A stretch of DNA of 64,000 bases, taken from NCBI GenBank assembly GCA_029858305.1, contig JAOUFI010000001.1:64039-128038 (forward strand), read 5' to 3'. Both the position numbers and the translations under genes were made by a program. The notes under the pieces are model-generated. The model worked only from the letters and a program-made list of their open reading frames with translations. It searched no databases and had not been told where the DNA came from. Within the stretch, counting starts at the first letter, position 1. Each line of letters starts with the position of its first letter. This DNA comes from Candidatus Thorarchaeota archaeon (GTDB lineage Archaea > Asgardarchaeota > Thorarchaeia > Thorarchaeales > Thorarchaeaceae). Positions 32,609 through 41,628 of this stretch are shown one piece after another.

Positions 32609-32851
32609 TTAAGAGATAATTTCTGAGATTATTGCACGATATATAGTAGAACCATCTGAAAGCCCTCTCACAGTCAAGCGCTTCCCAAGATGCGATGCAA
32701 ATTCTTCAGAACCATAGTCTGCAGAAACAGCTTCCCAAGGAAGAATCGCTGAAAGTCTGTATTCGATTTCCTCATCAGTTGTAATCACATATTGGTCCGA
32801 TATTTTTGAAAGAAGTCCCGTAATGATGATCTCTTCCATAGTAGCTCTCAA
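32609..32851 (-). CDS. hypothetical 80-aa acidic protein
   Basis: ORF with plausible composition. No family recognised. Confidence 0.4.
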   Translation of the reverse strand: MRATMEEIIITGLLSKISDQYVITTDEEIEYRLSAILPWEAVSADYGSEEFASHLGKRLTVRGLSDGSTIYRAIISEIIS

Positions 32852-32919
32852 CCTGAAAGATCTGCCTTTTTGATAGTCACATCTTGTGACTTCATCTTGT
32901 GTCCCTTAGAAGTGGCTTC

Positions 32920-32930
32920 GCTATATATAC
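32920..32930 (+). promoter_or_regulatory. TATA-box-like element GCTATATATAC upstream of the micropeptide cluster
   Basis: Centred about 36 nt upstream of the ATG at 32962. The identical 11-mer occurs at 36829-36839 with the same geometry ahead of the ATG at 36868. Confidence 0.35.
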
Positions 32931-32961
32931 TAATTCTGAGCAGTATTTCTTGTGAACTATT

Positions 32962-33066
32962 ATGGCTCTAGCAACTAACAACCGGAACACATCTGTGCTG
33001 AAGAACAAGACTGGCCGAGTTTACTCGACCGACGCAATCACCTATGCCTACCAGTATCGGAGGTAA
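32962..33066 (+). CDS. micropeptide 1 (34 aa) MALATNNRNTSVLKNKTGRVYSTDAITYAYQYRR
   Basis: Below the track cutoff. It shares the MAL start and the C-terminal STDAIT-AY-YR with the next ORF. 9 of the 12 aligned C-terminal codons differ only synonymously. Confidence 0.6.
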   Translation: MALATNNRNTSVLKNKTGRVYSTDAITYAYQYRR

Positions 33067-33072
33067 ATTATC

Positions 33073-33159
33073 ATGGCTCTATTAAAAAAGACAAGCAAGA
33101 ACACCTACAATAAGAGAATCTCTACTGATGCGATTACTCATGCTTACATGTACAGGTAG
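33073..33159 (+). CDS. micropeptide 2 (28 aa) MALLKKTSKNTYNKRISTDAITHAYMYR
   Basis: GGAGG lies 10 nt upstream, inside the end of ORF 1. Paralogue of micropeptide 1. Confidence 0.6.
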   Translation: MALLKKTSKNTYNKRISTDAITHAYMYR

Positions 33160-33165
33160 ATTACA

Positions 33166-33273
33166 ATGATATCTGAGAAGACATCTTTCAAGAATCATCC
33201 TACTACATCCAACGATAAGGCAAAACGTCGTTGTTTGACAAATGAAGAAGTGCTCTTACTCGAGGCGACATGA
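33166..33273 (+). CDS. micropeptide 3 (35 aa) MISEKTSFKNHPTTSNDKAKRRCLTNEEVLLLEAT
   Basis: Same AGGTA-ATTA-ATG junction as ORF 2. Weak similarity to ORF 2 (KTSKN vs KTSFKN). Its 3' end lies inside the terminator hairpin. Confidence 0.4.
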   Translation: MISEKTSFKNHPTTSNDKAKRRCLTNEEVLLLEAT

Positions 33274-33291
33274 GCACTTCTTACTTGTTTT
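33245..33291 (+). terminator. 11-bp hairpin plus T-run ending the micropeptide unit
   Basis: AAGAAGTGCTC (33245-33255) pairs perfectly with GAGCACTTCTT (33272-33282). The loop is 16 nt, and the hairpin is followed by ACTTGTTTTCG. Confidence 0.5.
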
Positions 33292-33306
33292 CGATTCATT
33301 AGCAAA

Positions 33307-33909
33307 TTAGCCATCAGTCTTCATGACCCAACGAACGAGTTCTGAGTGCATAGCATTTTCCTTGAAGAATTCATCACGATATGAAGTACTCTTGAATTCG
33401 AGAAGAATATGCTGCATACCAGCATCAAAGCCGATGATCTTCACAGATCTTGCAAGAGCATTTGGTCGGAAGACAATTACAGTCATGACCATAGACAGTA
33501 TGAAGATTGCTACGAAAATTGTCACCCATGGAGAAATCAGGCGCCCCCTTGATATCGAATCACCCAAGAAAATTAGTCCGAAGAACATGAACGCCATAGC
33601 CAGTCCATCTACTATTAAACAGAGGGATTTGTATCGATCCTCTCCTTCATCAGTGTAATAATGATCAGCACAGACTTGGATGGGTAGAACTTTGAGATTG
33701 GGTTGCGGGATGCCTCCCTTTCTTCGTACTGATGGATTATAATGGGGATCCCATTCACGTCGAAGGTATTGAGGTCGTCCTGTAACTATAGTCATTCGAG
33801 ATAGTGCTGTTGCACAAGCTCCGCAGACAGGGCAAGTTTTCGGAAATCGCGCTCTAGATAGATCTACACTAACAATGGGTTCATCAAAGTAATGCTTCTT
33901 TGGACTCAT
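33307..33909 (-). CDS. membrane protein with N-terminal zinc-ribbon-like CPVCG motif
   Basis: 200 aa with CPVCGAC...C...H, then two TM helices (LIVDGLAMAFMFFGLIFL; WVTIFVAIFILSMVMTVIVF). Confidence 0.5.
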   Translation of the reverse strand: MSPKKHYFDEPIVSVDLSRARFPKTCPVCGACATALSRMTIVTGRPQYLRREWDPHYNPSVRRKGGIPQPNLKVLPIQVCADHYYTDEGEDRYKSLCLIVDGLAMAFMFFGLIFLGDSISRGRLISPWVTIFVAIFILSMVMTVIVFRPNALARSVKIIGFDAGMQHILLEFKSTSYRDEFFKENAMHSELVRWVMKTDG

Positions 33910-34016
33910 AATATGTAGACTCCACCTTGGGTAAAGACAGATTTAATCTTAATAAAGAGTGTATCGAACTCGGCTATACTCAAGAATTATTAACACAAGG
34001 TTTACGGATTCTGGAT

Positions 34017-34586
34017 ATGTACTATGGTGAGAAAGTTTGCCTTAGGGCCTTAGAGCTAGAGGACTTAGATGCCGTGATGGAGAATTGGAACAATCTTGAG
34101 ATGAGAAGATACCTTGCCACAGCATGGCCCATGTCGAAGAATGCAGAGAGAAAATGGTTGGAACGTGTGACCACCATGGATCCATGGAAAGACGGAGGAA
34201 TGGTTCTTGCTATTGAAGACAAGAAAACACAGGAATTCCTTGGCACTGTGAGCTTTTTTGACATATCGAAGCAGAATCAGAGGGCTGAGCTTGGGATTGC
34301 AATACATAATCCAGAGAACTTTGGAAAGGGCTATGGAACAGATACCATAAGAGTCATGTTATGGGTTGGTTTTCATGTTCTCGGACTAAATAGCATATTC
34401 TTGATAACTTTGGATGAGAACGACCGAGCACAGCGGGCGTATGAGAAAGCCGGATTCAAACCAGTTGGACGATATAGACAAGCCACATATATGATGGGTA
34501 AGTTCCATGATTATATAATCATGGATTCTATTCGTGAAGACTTTCTAAAAGAGTACCCGCCAGGAACATATGTCAATGAGCCTTAA
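34017..34586 (+). CDS. GNAT acetyltransferase, RimJ/RimL-like
   Basis: LRALELEDLDAV start region, ...AELGIAIHNPENFGKGYGTDTIRVML and NDRAQRAYEKAGF. The track start is a TTG at 33927; the ATG at 34017 gives the typical ~190 aa. Confidence 0.8.
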   Translation: MYYGEKVCLRALELEDLDAVMENWNNLEMRRYLATAWPMSKNAERKWLERVTTMDPWKDGGMVLAIEDKKTQEFLGTVSFFDISKQNQRAELGIAIHNPENFGKGYGTDTIRVMLWVGFHVLGLNSIFLITLDENDRAQRAYEKAGFKPVGRYRQATYMMGKFHDYIIMDSIREDFLKEYPPGTYVNEP

Positions 34587-34700
34587 TTTTACGAAAGAGT
34601 GAAAGGTAAACCATCTCATGAAAACGTAACAACCAAAAGAGGGTTAGCTGATACGCGATAATGCCTATCAGACGGCTTATCACGCAGGATTTTCGATAAA

Positions 34701-36719
34701 ATGGAGCAGGTCCAAATGACGGATAAATCACTTGAAAATCGGGCAATCAATACAATCCGTTTTCTCTCTGCAGATGCTGTACAACAAGCTAATTCCGGAC
34801 ATCCAGGCATGCCAATGGGCGCTGCTGCAATGGCATACACTCTTTGGACTCGCCATCTTCGATTCAACCCAAAGAATCCCCAGTGGTGGGATCGAGACAG
34901 ATTTGTACTTTCAGGTGGACATGGATCAATGCTTCTATATTCCCTTCTACATCTGACTGGGTACGAGGTCTCATTAGATGACATTAGAAATTTCAGACAA
35001 TGGGAGAGTAAGACTCCTGGGCATCCTGAATGTTTCAAAACGCCAGGTGTCGAGGTTACTACAGGACCTCTAGGGCAAGGACTGGCAAATTGTGTTGGAA
35101 TGGCGATTGCTGAGTCACACCTCTCTGCTGTTTTTAATAAAAGTCAACATGGAATAGTCAATCATCATATCTATGGAATAGTGACAGATGGAGATCTTAT
35201 GGAAGGAATATCATCCGAGGCTGCATCACTCGCAGGACATCTGAGGTTAGGAAAAATCGTTCTGCTCTACGATGATAATAATATTTCAATTGATGGCAGC
35301 ACAGATTTGACTTTCACTGAAGACCGTGGAGCAAGGTTCGAAGCATTCGGTTGGCATGTTCAGAGGGTTAATGACGGGAATGATGTTGAAGCAATTGATG
35401 TGGCTATTTCGAAAGCAAAGAATGATCCTCGCCCATCTTTGATTATGTGCAAGACCCATATTGGATTCGGGATGCCTAGTAAGCAAGATACTTCTAAGGC
35501 TCATGGCGAACCAGCGGGAGAGGAAGAATTAGAAGGAGCAAAGAAAAACCTAGGGTGGCCTCAGCAACCTCGTTTCTTCATTCCTGATGATGTTCTGAAA
35601 CACTTTCGTGAAATTGGTGAGAGAGGTTTGCTATTGGAATCAAATTGGCAATCCATTTTTGAAAAGTATTCAAAGGAAAATCCTCAGCTGGCCGCTGATT
35701 ACGCAAGACGTATGAAGCATGAACTAGAGGCCGGTTGGGACAGCGGCCTTCCGACCTTCCCTGCAGATAGTAAAGGGATGGCCACACGAGCAGCGTCGGG
35801 AAAGACAATTAACGTTCTTGCTACAAAGCTTACGGAGCTCGTTGGAGGCTCGGCAGATCTAACACCATCCAACAAGTCATGGATTGATGGGAGTCAATCA
35901 TTTCAAGCCAAAACCCGGAACGGTCGAAATATTCACTATGGAGTACGTGAACATGCAATGGGCGCAATTGTGAATGGTATGGCTGCTCATGGAGGTATCC
36001 TACCCTTCTCAGCTACATTCCTCATGTTTGCAGATTACATGCGTCCAGCAATACGGCTCTCTGCACTTTCGAGACATCATAGCATTTGGGTATTCACTCA
36101 TGACAGTATTGGTGTAGGAGAAGATGGTCCAACACATCAACCCGTAGAACATTTAGCAGCACTTCGTGCAATCCCCAACCTCGTGGTAATTAGACCTGGT
36201 GATGCAAATGAAGTGGTGGAGGCATGGAAAGTTGCGATTTCTAACAGGAAAGGACCGACCCTTCTTGCCTTGACTAGGCAAAACATACCCGTAATTGACC
36301 GGACCAAGTATGCGGCTGCATCTGGCGCAAGTAAGGGAGCATATGTACTTGCAGATCTTGGTAAAGAGCCGGAGATAATCTTGATGGCTTCAGGCTCAGA
36401 GCTACATCTGATTATTCAGGCCGGAGAAAAACTCCACAAGCAAGGTATCAATGTGCGTTTAGTATCATTCCCAAGCTGGGAGCTATTCAGAATGCAGAGT
36501 CAAGAATATCGTGATTCGATTCTTCCTCGAAAGATAAAGAAACGTCTAGTTGTGGAGGCAGGAGTTTCTCAAGGTTGGGAATGTTGGGCTGGAGAAAATG
36601 GGAAGTATCTATGTGTTGATACATTTGGTTCATCAGCGCCAGCAGAAGTGCTATTTGAAAAATACGGTTTTACTGTTGAAAATGTCATTAAACTCGCCCA
36701 TAGTCTTCTCAATAGGTGA
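34701..36719 (+). CDS. tkt: transketolase, full-length single polypeptide
   Basis: 672 aa with [11 protein letters not shown], the GDG/ThDP motif region and [16 protein letters not shown]. Confidence 0.93.
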   Translation: MEQVQMTDKSLENRAINTIRFLSADAVQQANSGHPGMPMGAAAMAYTLWTRHLRFNPKNPQWWDRDRFVLSGGHGSMLLYSLLHLTGYEVSLDDIRNFRQWESKTPGHPECFKTPGVEVTTGPLGQGLANCVGMAIAESHLSAVFNKSQHGIVNHHIYGIVTDGDLMEGISSEAASLAGHLRLGKIVLLYDDNNISIDGSTDLTFTEDRGARFEAFGWHVQRVNDGNDVEAIDVAISKAKNDPRPSLIMCKTHIGFGMPSKQDTSKAHGEPAGEEELEGAKKNLGWPQQPRFFIPDDVLKHFREIGERGLLLESNWQSIFEKYSKENPQLAADYARRMKHELEAGWDSGLPTFPADSKGMATRAASGKTINVLATKLTELVGGSADLTPSNKSWIDGSQSFQAKTRNGRNIHYGVREHAMGAIVNGMAAHGGILPFSATFLMFADYMRPAIRLSALSRHHSIWVFTHDSIGVGEDGPTHQPVEHLAALRAIPNLVVIRPGDANEVVEAWKVAISNRKGPTLLALTRQNIPVIDRTKYAAASGASKGAYVLADLGKEPEIILMASGSELHLIIQAGEKLHKQGINVRLVSFPSWELFRMQSQEYRDSILPRKIKKRLVVEAGVSQGWECWAGENGKYLCVDTFGSSAPAEVLFEKYGFTVENVIKLAHSLLNR

Positions 36720-36828
36720 GTGAAAAAATTCTCTGTGAATCTTTACAAGGTTTCATAAACCTTCTATCACAGTTTAGAGGCATTATAGTCCTTTTTATCA
36801 CCCTAAATCTCATTGCTCATCAATATTT

Positions 36829-36839
36829 GCTATATATAC
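36829..36839 (+). promoter_or_regulatory. TATA-box-like element GCTATATATAC
   Basis: Centred about 34 nt upstream of the ATG at 36868. Identical to the element at 32920-32930. Confidence 0.3.
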
Positions 36840-36867
36840 AAAATTCACAGCATATCTTGGTGATCTA

Positions 36868-37818
36868 ATGGACACTTACAAGAAAATCATTCTAGCAACC
36901 TTTGCAGTACTGATGATAGGTATTGTTATGCCCCTTGCTGCTGCTCAAGGTAACAGCATAGAGTATCAGTATTCAGCGGGTATTGTCACCCTGACTACAG
37001 ATGATATCTCTATCAAAGTTACAGGTAATAATCAAGCCCCACACTTCCATTGGTGGGATCCAAACACTCCCACTGTTGACTATCATGTTATGTTTGTAAG
37101 AATGTTTGAGGCTAATGATACCAATGCAGATGGCATCTATACTAATGGTACAGATACCATGATTGGTGCACCCCTTGCCCTACCAACTATTGGATGGGAG
37201 TTCAGTGATTTTGTGGTAGATGAAGAAGGTGAAAACATCACTGCGGTTCACTTCAATTTCACAACTACAACTGAATTTAATCCACGACCTGAGGGTACCG
37301 GGATGGACTATGGTAATTTGCCAAATCTTACTGCATTCAACGTAACAATTGAAGTGAGAGTTCATCTCAATTTGTCAACACCTGGTGAGATGAAGTTTGA
37401 TCTGATTGTTGGTGGATGGGAATGGACCTATGAGGACTCTATTCTTGTCCTTCAGTTCAACCTTACCGAGAGCAATCATGGAGAAGTCCAAGGAGACAGA
37501 GATCCATCAGGTTTCCATAAGACTGGTACAATGTTCCAATTCGAGAATGGATACTTCCAGTACGAAGAAACCGCTCTTGCGGCAAATAATTCGCTTCAAG
37601 TTAGAGCAAGCTACGGCGAAGGCGTTGGATTGGAGGCTGGTCAAGCAATCTATCTAGCCTTTGAGAACTTTGGCAATGAAATACTAGAATATGATCCTAT
37701 CCTAGGTATCGAAACTTCGACTTCAACAGGCATTGTGTTTGACCCAATGACAATTGCATTGATTGGTGGAGCTGTGGTAGTTCTTCTGCTTGTTGCAGTC
37801 ATTGTCAGGAAACGATAG
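36868..37818 (+). CDS. surface protein with signal peptide, N-glycosylation sequons and a C-terminal TM anchor
   Basis: N-terminal hydrophobic segment ending AAAQG. Multiple N-x-T/S sites (NDT, NGT, NIT, NFT, NLT, NVT, NLS). C-terminal IALIGGAVVVLLLVAVIV plus RKR. Confidence 0.6.
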   Translation: MDTYKKIILATFAVLMIGIVMPLAAAQGNSIEYQYSAGIVTLTTDDISIKVTGNNQAPHFHWWDPNTPTVDYHVMFVRMFEANDTNADGIYTNGTDTMIGAPLALPTIGWEFSDFVVDEEGENITAVHFNFTTTTEFNPRPEGTGMDYGNLPNLTAFNVTIEVRVHLNLSTPGEMKFDLIVGGWEWTYEDSILVLQFNLTESNHGEVQGDRDPSGFHKTGTMFQFENGYFQYEETALAANNSLQVRASYGEGVGLEAGQAIYLAFENFGNEILEYDPILGIETSTSTGIVFDPMTIALIGGAVVVLLLVAVIVRKR

Positions 37819-37968
37819 TATTTAGCTATTTGGGAAGCAGATATTCTGCTTCCTCCATTTTTTTCCTGCTGTTCGGTTTATTTATACTCACTCATCGACA
37901 GCGCTAACCAAAAGATATATAGTTCGGTTCCTAACAATAAGGGAACGAACAAAGTTGGTAGAGTCGAT

Positions 37969-38433
37969 ATGGAGGACAATATAATCAGAGAGATGTGTTT
38001 CAATCTCTTGGATGTTGGTTGGCCTGCATATGTAACAACAATAGACAGAGAAGGTTTTCCACAGACACGAGCTATGTTTAATCTTAGAAACAAGGAACGA
38101 TTTCCAAAACTGGTTTCCTTTTTTGAACAGCAGGAACATGATTTCACACTGATTTTCACAACTAATACATCCTCTACAAAGATAGAGGATATCGGGGCAA
38201 GCAAGAGGGTTTCAGTGTACTATTGTGACCCAGAAACATGGAGGGGTGTGATGTTTAGCGGTCTTATTGAAATTGTTACAGATTCTAATATCAAGAAGTC
38301 AATATGGCATCCTGAGTGGTCCAAGTATTACATATCTGGTTATGATGACCCAGACCATACAGTTCTTCGGCTTATCCCTACTATGGCTAAAGGGTGGACT
38401 GGAAACCAGACATTTAGATTGGAGCTGAGGTGA
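37969..38433 (+). CDS. pyridoxamine 5'-phosphate oxidase-family (FMN-binding split barrel) protein
   Basis: 154 aa, with a pattern (GFPQTRAMF..., VYYCDPETWRGVMFSGLIEIVTD) like general-stress-protein-26-type PNPOx proteins. Confidence 0.65.
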   Translation: MEDNIIREMCFNLLDVGWPAYVTTIDREGFPQTRAMFNLRNKERFPKLVSFFEQQEHDFTLIFTTNTSSTKIEDIGASKRVSVYYCDPETWRGVMFSGLIEIVTDSNIKKSIWHPEWSKYYISGYDDPDHTVLRLIPTMAKGWTGNQTFRLELR

Positions 38434-38439
38434 TTCAAA

Positions 38440-38904
38440 ATGATGTCACAACGATCTGGTGGATTTCTCGTTACTCAGATTCACCACCTTGGAAGAAGAG
38501 TATTTACAGAACTACTAAAACAACATGAGATAGAGATAGGTCCAGGTCAAGGTAGAATTCTGTTTGCATTATGGCAAAGAGATGGAGTGCCAATCAATGA
38601 CCTAGTAGAGCGAACACTCCTGAGAAAATCAACACTTAGCGAATTATTGGATAATCTCGAGAAAGCAGGATATATTCAGCGCGAACAATCAGATGAAGAT
38701 AGAAGGAAAATCCTAATCAAATTGACAGAGAGAACACAAAAACTCCAGAAAGTCTACATCAACCTCTCTGTTGAGATGACTAAACTTTTCTATAAAGGAT
38801 TCAGTGATGATGAAATCAACGAATTTGAAGAAATGCTCAGACGAATTCTGGAGAATCTAATTCCTCATGATTCTGAGGGAGCTACTGAAGAAGAATCCAT
38901 CTGA
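38440..38904 (+). CDS. MarR-family transcriptional regulator
   Basis: wHTH INDLVERTLLRKSTLSELLDNLEKAGYIQREQSDEDRRKILIKLT. Confidence 0.8.
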   Translation: MMSQRSGGFLVTQIHHLGRRVFTELLKQHEIEIGPGQGRILFALWQRDGVPINDLVERTLLRKSTLSELLDNLEKAGYIQREQSDEDRRKILIKLTERTQKLQKVYINLSVEMTKLFYKGFSDDEINEFEEMLRRILENLIPHDSEGATEEESI

Positions 38905-38924
38905 CTGGCAGGAGTTTCTATGGG

Positions 38925-39734
38925 ATGAACAAAATAGTATTGCTAGGAACTGGAACTCCAAATCCGGACCCAGATAGATCTGGACCTTCAGTTGCAATAC
39001 TTGTTAACAAGTCAGTCTATATCATTGATTTTGGACCAGGTATTGTCCGACGCGCAACAGCAGCAGGAATCAATCCATCTCAAATGACTACTGCATTCCT
39101 TACGCATCTACATTCAGACCACACAACGGGGTATCCAGACCTTATCCTTACTCCTGCTGTTGTGGGAAGAACAGAACCTCTGGAGGTTTTCGGACCCAGA
39201 GGGATTTCAGATATGACCAACCACATCATGACCGCCTATGGTGAAGATCTAAGGGAGCGGGAAATATGGTCAACACTCTCAAATGAAAGAGGTTACATAG
39301 TGAACGCTCATGAAATAAGAGAGGGAATAATCTATCAAGATGATTATACAACTGTTGAAGCCTTTCGAGTCGATCATAGTTCATTGGAAGCTTATGGATT
39401 CAAGTTTGTTGTAGAAGATAGAATTATTGTAATCTCTGGAGACACGCGCCCGTCACCCAATCTTATAGCAAAAGCTAGAGGATGCAATGTTCTCATACAT
39501 GAGGTGTACACAGCTGAGGGTTTTAAGGAACGTTCCAAGGAATGGCAGAAATATCACTCAGAAGTTCATACATCAACCTATGAACTTGCAGACATTGCCA
39601 CTCTGGTAAAACCAGACCTGCTTGTTTTATACCACCAGCTTCATTGGACTCGCACGGATGATGAGCTATTATCAGAAGTGACACAGAGATATGATGGTAG
39701 GGTAGTTTCTGGTAAAGACCTAGATGTTTTTTGA
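38925..39734 (+). CDS. MBL-fold metallo-hydrolase (RNase Z/ElaC-like subgroup)
   Basis: LGTGTPNPDPDRSGPS, H-x-H-x-D-H (THLHSDHTTG), and downstream SGDT and HEVY blocks. Confidence 0.8.
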   Translation: MNKIVLLGTGTPNPDPDRSGPSVAILVNKSVYIIDFGPGIVRRATAAGINPSQMTTAFLTHLHSDHTTGYPDLILTPAVVGRTEPLEVFGPRGISDMTNHIMTAYGEDLREREIWSTLSNERGYIVNAHEIREGIIYQDDYTTVEAFRVDHSSLEAYGFKFVVEDRIIVISGDTRPSPNLIAKARGCNVLIHEVYTAEGFKERSKEWQKYHSEVHTSTYELADIATLVKPDLLVLYHQLHWTRTDDELLSEVTQRYDGRVVSGKDLDVF

Positions 39735-39816
39735 AAAGGAATTCACATTGATAGGAATAAGGGATAAAAGATACGAGAGATGGGGAGTTTATAATTATTA
39801 TCGAGAGGTGAATGTT

Positions 39817-39891
39817 ATGCACTTCGATGATGATGACATTTGGGAAGATGATGATGACTGGGACGATGATGACTGGGACGACGATGAGTAA
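39817..39891 (+). CDS. hyper-acidic Trp-periodic microprotein, copy A (24 aa) MHFDDDDIWEDDDDWDDDDWDDDE
   Basis: Below the track cutoff. The conserved 11-mer CGAGAGGTGAA lies 4 nt before the ATG. A paralogue at 45300 differs by synonymous changes and whole-codon indels. Confidence 0.55.
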   Translation: MHFDDDDIWEDDDDWDDDDWDDDE

Positions 39892-39929
39892 TACTCTCCA
39901 ATCTTACTAGTCTTTGCCAGTAGATTGTA

Positions 39930-39970
39930 CTCTTTTTATTGACGGGGCGATGTCGAAAGCAAGCCCCGTC
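39930..39970. terminator. T-run plus GC-rich 8-bp hairpin between convergent genes
   Basis: CTCTTTTTA, then GACGGGGC (39941-39948) pairing with GCCCCGTC (39963-39970). Confidence 0.4.
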
Positions 39971-39999
39971 CTATGTATTCCTTAAGAGGACAGTAAAGT

Positions 40000-41628
40000 C
40001 TAGGAAATTCGTTTTTTAAGGCTCAGAGTAAAAACAAGGACCAATGCAAGACCAATGCCAGCCCCAAGAAAGACTCGATTCATGTTGGGAAGAGTTACTG
40101 AAGTGGACTGAGAAATCGTTGTCCAGTATGCATCATTATTTGTAGTACTCGTCGTACTTGTTATTGTGGTGGTTGTGTCATCAAGTATCGAAGAGGTTGA
40201 GGTTGATGTAACTGTGATTACACCTCTGGGAGGTACAGGAATAGAGGTTGTTTCTTGCAGATACGAATCAACAGCATAACCTACAACTCGCTCAACATAT
40301 TCAGAGGTATAGGCATCTAATTGGTTATCAGAGAGACCATCTGGAATTTGATTGATGAGGTACTCATACTCTTCGATAGTGTAATCCTCGGCATAGAAAG
40401 CATTGTTTTGTATTTCTTGAACACGATTAGGATCTAACAATATTGGATTTGCCTGCACCTGAGCAGAGAGCCATTTCTGATAGGTATAAGACGACATAAG
40501 TCCCAAAATAGCAGGGGTTTCCCTTGCAACCACCATTGAAGGCACAAAAACTCCAATAAGGGGGGTAATTCCATATGCGCCCCACATGATGTTGAGCTTG
40601 CCATTGTATCTTGAATCTCCACTCACAGCAACCATGGAAGCCCCTGTATTTGGGTTGCATGCTTCTCCATCTATCGAAAAACTCACAGAACCAAGCTCTT
40701 TATCCCGAACATATCTTGATGATTTCTGCATCACATCGCTCCAGGTGATGAAACCATTTTCTTCATATATTTCATCAAGGGCGTCAAGCAAATATTGGTC
40801 TCTGCCGCTTGGTCCGCTGGCCAATCCAGGAAAGATCCGCGCGTGGTTTGCGCGTGTGTCATATCCATTCACGATATATTGGACATAGGCTTGAGTATTG
40901 CTAATCTCAAAGAAGGCGCCTGCGCCAAACCGGTCAATCACTCCAATGCAGGTAGCGATTGCTCCTGCTGTTGATCTGTAGTATGGACCTATCAATGACC
41001 GTGAGTTGTTTAGATCTCGAGCCACATCTTCAACAGACTCGTACTTTTCTAGTATCCACCTGTTTAGAACCAGATTACCTATCCCATATTCATGTTCTAA
41101 TTCTGGCATTGCTGTATTCATCACTGCAAGACCACGTTCATTGATTCCCATCGCATTGGTATTCACAGCAACAAAGGCAAATGACGAGGTAGTAGCAGGA
41201 ATATAGACCGGCATATTAAACAGGTCTTCAGGGGAATCACGATTCTTCATGAGTATAGGACGACCATCCTTTGTAGCATCGCCTGTCACAATTACTGAGC
41301 TACATTCTTCAGATTGGTTAGTATGTGGGTAAGAATTTTGGGGAGTTACTAATGACCTTGTTGAGGTGTAAGTGTCTTTAGTGATATCATGAATAGGATA
41401 AATTGTAACCAAGAGTAGCATGGCATTGAAAAAAGCCAAGAGAATTACCAATGTCACTACCTTGTCTATATTGGCCATGGCATATATCGCCAATAGGAAA
41501 CTATTATGAAAACCAAATAAACGAAGCCTCTCGCGCAATCCAACCTTCGAAGAAGAGATACTGTTTTGCAGTGAGGTCGTCTTTATGTAGTAGTTTTGAT
41601 AGACCAAATTCATCGCGGGGAATGACAA
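40000..41628 (-). CDS. membrane-anchored Ntn-hydrolase-type peptidase/acyl-hydrolase (C45/C69-like)
   Basis: Candidate nucleophile context EECSSVIVTGDATKDGRPILMKNRDSP after an N-terminal TM segment. Thr/Ser-rich linker (TSTSTSSILDDTTTTITSTTSTT) and a C-terminal TM plus KKR. The true start is probably the ATG at 41478 (MANIDKVV...), because the 41628 start abuts the divergent gene. Confidence 0.5.
   Translation of the reverse strand: MSFPAMNLVYQNYYIKTTSLQNSISSSKVGLRERLRLFGFHNSFLLAIYAMANIDKVVTLVILLAFFNAMLLLVTIYPIHDITKDTYTSTRSLVTPQNSYPHTNQSEECSSVIVTGDATKDGRPILMKNRDSPEDLFNMPVYIPATTSSFAFVAVNTNAMGINERGLAVMNTAMPELEHEYGIGNLVLNRWILEKYESVEDVARDLNNSRSLIGPYYRSTAGAIATCIGVIDRFGAGAFFEISNTQAYVQYIVNGYDTRANHARIFPGLASGPSGRDQYLLDALDEIYEENGFITWSDVMQKSSRYVRDKELGSVSFSIDGEACNPNTGASMVAVSGDSRYNGKLNIMWGAYGITPLIGVFVPSMVVARETPAILGLMSSYTYQKWLSAQVQANPILLDPNRVQEIQNNAFYAEDYTIEEYEYLINQIPDGLSDNQLDAYTSEYVERVVGYAVDSYLQETTSIPVPPRGVITVTSTSTSSILDDTTTTITSTTSTTNNDAYWTTISQSTSVTLPNMNRVFLGAGIGLALVLVFTLSLKKRIS

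Noticed and set aside
34616-35038. 140-aa minus-strand ORF
   Set aside because: It is antisense to the strongly supported transketolase gene, and its composition is Cys/Arg/Ser-rich.
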